Shown here piece after piece: positions 54,866-64,000 of a DNA stretch of 64,000 bases. The notes beneath the pieces are model-generated. The model searched no databases, was not told the DNA's origin, and was given only the letters and a program-made list of their open reading frames with translations. The stretch's first letter is position 1. Each line of letters starts with the position of its first letter. Source of the stretch: Octopus vulgaris (lineage: Eukaryota); assembly GCA_951406725.2 (NCBI GenBank), contig OX597814.1, positions 152,334,001 to 152,398,000 of the forward strand. The letters are read 5' to 3'. The position numbers and the translations under genes were made by a program.

Positions 54866-55332
54866 GACTTGAGCGTCAATAGGTTTATACCACCAGACAG
54901 CAGCAAGAAGGCATTCGTATAAATCATCTATAAGGCTATGCAATAAGCTAACAAAGTAGCAAACGTTCTCAAATAAGTTTCACAAAAGCATGAAATCAAT
55001 GAAGAAGAGCGTAAGAGCTGATTTGCGGACACCTAACCAATCCACATACTCAGGAATGAACGTAATGAATATCGGAGTTACATCAGAGCCAGAATCCCAT
55101 ATTAATTGGTAGAATGGGTGCATTATGAACAAGCTATCCTAATATTCATTAAGTTTTCATTCTTGAATTGATTGATTCATTGAGTGTCTCCAAATCGATA
55201 TACTTTTCCCTTTTCAATTGATTCCAGGTTTCTATGGATCCTGGTTGGGAATGTTTGCTACCTTTATTAGCTTGTCGCATAGCCTTATAAATAATTTATA
55301 TCCATGGCCTCTTGTTGATGTATAGTGGTATA
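54866..55332. repeat. Old, diverged inverted repeat, ~210-bp arms
   Basis: TATAAGGCTATGCAATAAGCTAACAAAGTAGCAAACGTTC versus the right arm's reverse complement TATAAGGCTATGCGACAAGCTAATAAAGGTAGCAAACATTC. Similarity continues on both sides. Confidence 0.8.
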
Positions 55333-55414
55333 AAGATATTGATTGTCAAGTTCTTTCTATATATATGTATGAAGAAATACGCGTATACATGTGTGAGTGT
55401 GTGTGTGTGTGCAT

Positions 55415-55478
<64 letters not shown>

Positions 55479-55646
55479 ATGTGTGTGTGTGCGTATGTGT
55501 ATGTGCGTGTATGTGTTATGCATCTGAATGAGTGCACGTATTCAATCAGTCATGCACCTATTCATAGATAAATGCATAATTATTTATACATACACATAAT
55601 CATTATAAACATAATCATAAACTATCATATTATTGATAATAGTACG

Positions 55647-58240
<2,594 letters not shown>

Positions 58241-58552
58241 GATGGCATTCACTGCTCTCTCACTCAATGATAATAATAAAGAATTAGCAATTTTCTTTCA
58301 ACGGTCTCTAAATCATTAATGCCGTGTTAATTTAGTTAGACACACCAGACATATATAATTGATATTCTATGCATCTGTACCTTTTTTCTAATTACCCGAA
58401 ATAAATACTGATGAAGCAAGTATACACACTTGTGGAGATCTGAAATACACTTGTTCAAGTTTCACGATGCTTGTAAATGAATTAAGCATATATGGGTGAT
58501 TCGTTGGAGTTTGCAGCACAATTCGTTTGATTATGCGTAAACACATAGAGAC

Positions 58553-58629
<77 letters not shown>

Positions 58630-59197
58630 TATACTGGCACACATTCATACACATATCTAATGCGAATGATCGATATATGTATGCAGGCGTGAACACCTAT
58701 ATATGCGTACATAAATGTATGGGTGTATATTCGAATATATTCTGTTATTTCGTTCAGTAAAAACAAATCTTTTCGAATTTCCCTGCCAATTTTACAAACT
58801 TCCTTCTTACCAGCCAAGCCTACTCATGGAACTGGTAAGAATAAAGCTTTTAAAGTGAATATAGAAGTTCGAAAAACACCATCACACTCTTGAAAGTTTA
58901 GACATTCTTGTGACGTCAACAACATACAATTCTCGCTGGTTAGAATAAGGTTATGGATAGAAAATGGGAAAAAAAATCGAAGGACTGTTTCGGTCCAATG
59001 GTGGAACGTCTGTTATATCTACAAGAGATGAGAGTTCGAGTTCACAACCCAATATTTAAGTGCTGTATTTGTAGTTTTATTGGTTTTTCGACATCCACTT
59101 CCAAAATATATTCATATATATATATATAGTGTAAAATTTAAAGAAAAAAAAGATAAAGACAGATGTATTAGTTTGACGCTCGGGAAAGTGAGAAAGT

Positions 59198-59234
59198 ATT
59201 TTACGTTTCGAGCTTACGCTCTTCAACAGAAAAG
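59198..59234 (-). ncRNA. Minimal hammerhead ribozyme-like motif (variant core)
   Basis: UUUU-CUGUUGA-A-GAGC GUAA GCUC-GAAAC-GUA-AAA, with a perfect stem II and GNRA loop. Confidence 0.5.
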
Positions 59235-59496
59235 AATACGAGAAAATAAACAGAAAAGGAACAAAAAAACTTGTGGAGAAGACAAAAAGAAGAAATGGAG
59301 AGAGAAAGGCAAAGTAACAACGTACGGAATACGAAAAAACAGAAACTTCAAAAAAGTTCAGACGTATGTTGGAGCGACTTTTCATCAATGGAAGAGTCCA
59401 GTAAAATCCGTGAAAGTATATCCAGTGGTAAAATGGGGGAGTGCTGGTATGTAGGTCATATATACATACATACACACACACACATATATATATATA

Positions 59497-60055
59497 CGAG
59501 CAAAACGCCCCCCGTCCAATGGACGGTGTTGGGTTGTCAAACATTTAAACCAAATTTTCTCAAAGCGACTTGTCCGACCGTCCAATAGGCCTCCCCTTTG
59601 AGAAACACTGATTTAACCTAAATTTGAGACACCAGCAAAAGAAGAAATAAAGATAGACTTTTTTTCCATTCCAAAGAAAAACGATTTTATTCACACAAAT
59701 ATGCAACCGAAGAGTTTAAAGTACCAGTAATGATAAAGCTGTTGACTGGGAGAACACAAGCATGATTTAAACAGTAAACTTGGCAGGAAAGAAACGTGCC
59801 TTTAAGCAGAACAAAAACAACAAAAAATGGAAGGTGCAGTTACGTACAGGTTGACGGAAGAAAAGCAGGACAAAAATGGCTTTATCGATCGCATTCTCAC
59901 ATGGAATCAATTTTTGTAATTTTTTCAAGACTCATACATGCCCTGATACCGTTGGTATCTACATATCAAATTTGAGCGCAATCGGATGGAGGATGCCCGA
60001 GATCCAAGAAGACACACACACACACAGACAGACAGAACGGATTTTATATAGGAGA
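59497..60055 (-). mobile_element. Non-autonomous Helitron-like element with CTCG 3' end
   Basis: Minus strand A|TCTCCTATATAAAAT...CCGTCCATTGGACGG...TTTTGCTCG|T, homologous to 44686-44933. Confidence 0.75.
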
Positions 60056-60646
60056 TATGCATGCTAACGCTCACTCACACGCATATATATACACATACAT
60101 TCATTCACATATACTTTCATGAAAGACATATACACTTGATGTTATGCAAAATAATATTTGAGTCTGTAGAACTAGTAATGCTAACTAAATAACAGTTCAA
60201 TGTTTGTGTCAATCACAACAGCAAGCATATATAAATTTGCTGTTGTATATGTGTGCGTGTGTGTGGACACATATACATACATATATGTTTCTAGCTCTTC
60301 ACTTTTACATATTTCAGCTGCTAAAAGGCAAATTCACTGCAGTTACTGTGGAGAAAATTTTCTCTTACGGTAAAAAGGTGTAAAAACACCATATCTGTTC
60401 AGTGTCGTCATCTATCAGGATCCCTAGGCATTGATGTTTCTAGCTTCTTGCTTGTTAGCAGTTGATATATGTCACAATCATATTTTAACTAGCCTAAACT
60501 TTGCTCGGCGCTAATATTTCGGTAATATATATACACGCACACATACATGTATGCGTGTGTATATATATATATATATACTTTTACTTTTTTTTTAACTTTT
60601 TTTACTTGTTTCAGTCATTTGACTGCGGCCATGCTGGAGCACCACC

Positions 60647-60746
<100 letters not shown>

Positions 60747-60868
60747 ATATTGTTATATTTCGGAATGGTCATATTGCCAGTTTAGCTAATAAAAACACAC
60801 GCACTATATATTTGGTGTTATTTTGCTTCAGTGTTATTTATTTTTTACATTAATCTGAATATTATTTC

Positions 60869-60912
60869 GGCCAGAGTTCTTTCGTCACACTCCTGTGACC
60901 GCATCAGTGGTC
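60869..60912 (-). ncRNA. Minimal type-I hammerhead-like motif in the PLE 3' region
   Basis: GACCA-CUGAUGC-G-GUCACA GGAG UGUGAC-GAAAG AA CUC-UGGCC. All three helices can form. A9 is replaced by C. Confidence 0.6.
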
Positions 60913-61355
60913 TTTTGTTTTCTTCTTTCTTATTTGTGTCTCTCCTTACTAACCGTCAGCCATTTTGTATTTCTATTGTATGTCTTCATTTGCGCATGCT
61001 TATATCTCTATGTGCGTCTATGTTTATTTAGTGTGTGTATGTGGGGGGATGCCTGTAATATTTGTATCTTCTGTTTATATGTGTTCATGTAATTTGTATT
61101 TTGTTTTTTGTTTTTGTTGTTTTTATTTATTCTTATTTTGTTCATGTGTTTACATCCACTTATTATTATCATTACATATGCTTGTATGTATGTATGTATG
61201 TATGTATGTATGTATGTATGTATGTATGTATGTATAACAACAATACTAGTAATAATAATAATAAATCGAATCGAAAAAAAAAATATATATATAGTTATTT
61301 ATTTCTATTAGTTTATTTATCTGTGTATTTATTATGTTTTCAGGATCCTCTATCG

Positions 61356-62368
61356 TCATATGTTGTGGTGTGTGTTAGTGCTCCATTCTAGTTTTCTATT
61401 CAGGCTAGGTTTATTTTCTATTATGTGTGTAGCTTCTGTAATTTGTCTAATTGTTGCATCTGTTCTATGTGTGGACAATATTTTAATTTCTATGTTATTG
61501 ATTGATCCCCCGTGTTCCTGTTCGGCGTGTTGGTACAGAATCGATGAGCTTTTACCTTCCTTGAGTTGTCTCCAATGTACGTTTACCCGCTCTCCTATGC
61601 TTCTTGTCGTTTCCCCTACGTATGTCGTTGTCTTGTTACTGCATCGTCCCTCTATAAATCTTATACTATAGACTACATTTCTGGCTTTACAGTTTGTTTG
61701 TGGGCTAAATCTACATTCAGTACAGTACTTTTCCGTACAGGGGGTTCTACTAAAAGGATAGGTTCTACCAATTATAGATTTGATAGGGTTGCCTGGCTTT
61801 TCAACAACCTTAATTCTTAGCTTAAGTTTGTCTAGGGTCCTTCTAAAGCGGTACGCCAGTTCACCTCCAGGGGTGGTGTCAACGAACATGACACTCTGGT
61901 ATTTATGGCTATCATACCAAGAGTTGGCCTTCCCTATTTTCTTTTTGTCCTTTCTATAGTGTTCCATGACTTGTTCCTATAGAGTGGGCAAATCCCATTC
62001 CTATCATTACATAATATATTATCAAATTTCTTCATGGCTGCTTTGTATACTCCGATCCTTTCTTTATGGCTGTAACCTGAGAACTGCATGCGGTGAATGA
62101 AATATTGTATGTGTCTCTTTAACTCTGTGGGCTCGCACATGTGTGACACATAGCGAGAGTACATGTTTACGAGTATGGATTTCTGTGTTAGGCGTTCTTT
62201 AAGCCTTCTGTCCCACCATACCATGAAAAGGTTGGCCACATCACCAGCGATACTAACGCTGATGGCTGCCCCCTCGTCCTGGGCATATATTTTATTAAAC
62301 TTAAACGTGTGGCCTTTTAGGGTAACTCTTATACTAGCTCCTAGTGCATGTGCGATCATTTTCTTGAT
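61356..62368 (-). pseudogene. PLE RT fragment + thumb + GIY-YIG endonuclease (deleted, frameshifted)
   Basis: YAQDEGAAISVSIAGDVANLFM...YSRYV is cut just before the catalytic DD. Then RMQFSGY, a 1-nt deletion near 61945, and the GIY-YIG region. Confidence 0.85.
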
Positions 62369-62394
62369 GGACAGGCTGAAAGGACAGGCTGAAA

Positions 62395-62950
62395 GGCTAA
62401 AAAGGACGCTAATGGTAAATATTAGAAATAAAATATACAGAGAGCTGAGCGAACAAGAGAAGCGTAAACGTATATTTTTAAAAGAAATTAAAAACATCAC
62501 CACACGAAAGGAGAAAACCACACTAATGGATTTAATATATGAAGAAAACAGACACGTAATACACCAATTCAATATCCATTTTAAGAGGAAGTTATCGTGG
62601 TTGAAACAGAAACATCAATATGAGCTCGCAAAGGAAGAAAAGCAGAAATATCCAGATACAATAAATGGAATTATTATGGAAGATGTGCTACTACCAGAAG
62701 AGTTCAATAAAGACAATGAAACGAACATCTATGGGGCAGTAACAACGGACCCAGACGAAATATCGATACTTCAACTACCACCAAAGTATGCAGTGTATAG
62801 TAAGGTGAATACCATCAAATGCCTGTCCGAGATTGAAAAGTCGTTCACAAAAATAAGTTGGAAATTAAATAGATACAATGACAACAACACTTGCGACAAC
62901 AACAACAACAACAACGTGAAAAACACTAACCGCAGCAACAACAACACAAG
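62395..62950 (+). pseudogene. PLE N-terminal region fragment
   Basis: Open frame with EISILQLPPKYAVY...SEIEKSFTKISW, resembling the PLE pre-RT LxLGPKF motif. Confidence 0.6.
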
Positions 62951-62976
62951 AAAGGATCGGAGTATACAAAGGAGCC

Positions 62977-63657
62977 ATGAAGAAATTTGATAATATATTA
63001 TGTAATGATAGGAATGGGATTTGCCCACTCTATAGGAACAAGTCATGGAACACTATAGAAAGGACAAAAAAGAAAATAGGGAAGGCCAACTCTTGGTATG
63101 ATAGCCATAAATACCAGAGTGTCATGTTCGTTGACACCACCCCTGGAGGTGAACTGGCGTACCGCTTTAGAAGGACCCTAGACAAACTTAAGCTAAGAAT
63201 TAAGGTTGTTGAAAAGCCAGGCAACCCTATCAAATCTATAATTGGTAGAACCTATCCTTTTAGTAGAACCCCCTGTACGGAAAAGTACTGTACTGAATGT
63301 AGATTTAGCCCACAAACAAACTGTAAAGCCAGAAATGTAGTCTATAGTATAAGATGTATAGAGGGACGATGCAGTAACAAGACAACGACATACGTAGGGG
63401 AAACGACAAGAAGCATAGGAGAGCGAGTAAACGTACATTGGAGACAACTCAAGGAAGGTAAAAGCTCATCGATTCTGTACCAACACGCCGAACAGGAACA
63501 CGGGGGATCAATCAATAACATAGAAATTAAAATATTGTCCACACATAGAACAGATGCAACAATTAGACAAATTACAGAAGCTACACACATAATAGAAAAT
63601 AAACCTAGCCTGAATAGAAAACTAGAATGGAGCACTAACACACACCACAACATATGA
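62977..63657 (+). CDS. GIY-YIG endonuclease domain of a Penelope-like element (intact 226-aa ORF)
   Basis: Cys linker CTEKYCTEC, NVVYSIRCIEGRC, YVGETTRSIGER, HAEQEH, RQITEA and LNRKLEW. Confidence 0.88.
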   Translation: MKKFDNILCNDRNGICPLYRNKSWNTIERTKKKIGKANSWYDSHKYQSVMFVDTTPGGELAYRFRRTLDKLKLRIKVVEKPGNPIKSIIGRTYPFSRTPCTEKYCTECRFSPQTNCKARNVVYSIRCIEGRCSNKTTTYVGETTRSIGERVNVHWRQLKEGKSSSILYQHAEQEHGGSINNIEIKILSTHRTDATIRQITEATHIIENKPSLNRKLEWSTNTHHNI

Positions 63658-64000
63658 CGATAGAGGATCCTGAAAACATAATAAATACACAGATAAATAA
63701 ACTAATAGAAATAAATAACTATATATATTTTTTTTTCGATTCGATTTATTATTATTATTACTAGTATTGTTGTTATACATACATACATACATACATACAT
63801 ACAAGCATATGTAATGATAATAATAAGTGGATGTAAACACATGAACAAAATAAGAATAAACAAAAACAACAAAAACAAAAAACAAAATACAAATTACATG
63901 AACACATATAAACAGAAGATACAAATATTACAGGCATCCCCCCACATACACACACTAAATAAACATAGACGCACATAGAGATATAAGCATGCGCAAATGA

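Noticed and set aside
54960-55112. 50-codon open frame resembling a protein C-terminus
   Set aside because: It lies within one arm of the decayed inverted repeat 54866-55332 and has no good acceptor.
61934-62990. Overlapping 212-aa (-) and 275-aa (+) ORFs read as genes
   Set aside because: Both read through the PLE inversion junction. Only half of each is sense coding sequence.
62977-63657. GIY-YIG ORF as a homing endonuclease or prokaryotic nuclease system
   Set aside because: The Cys linker, CCHH residues, adjacent RT motifs and inverted structure fit a Penelope-like retroelement.

Overview
Eukaryotic, AT-rich, repeat-saturated non-coding DNA. The SINE families and microsatellite density resemble an Octopus genome (inference, not verified). 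No host gene can be called, only three weak exon candidates. Most listed ORFs are microsatellite artefacts. Supported content: (i) a young 5'-truncated R4/Dong-type non-LTR retrotransposon (RT + CCHC + PD-(D/E)xK, uninterrupted 741-aa ORF) in an (AAT)n array, plus a decayed relative; (ii) a Neptune-type Penelope-like element (PLE) present as two near-identical inverted arms, with an intact GIY-YIG ORF and a minimal hammerhead-like motif, plus older PLE relics; (iii) a full-length dead mariner and Tc1, pogo-MITE, hAT, piggyBac and Helitron relics; (iv) RTE LINE relics, one with a 5' inversion; (v) about 30 copies or fragments of tRNA-derived SINEs. The most unusual signal is a set of fold-back elements and minimal hammerhead-like motifs with variant cores, repeatedly found beside (TA)n/(TATG)n tracts. 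All analysis was by eye, so coordinates of decayed elements are approximate.
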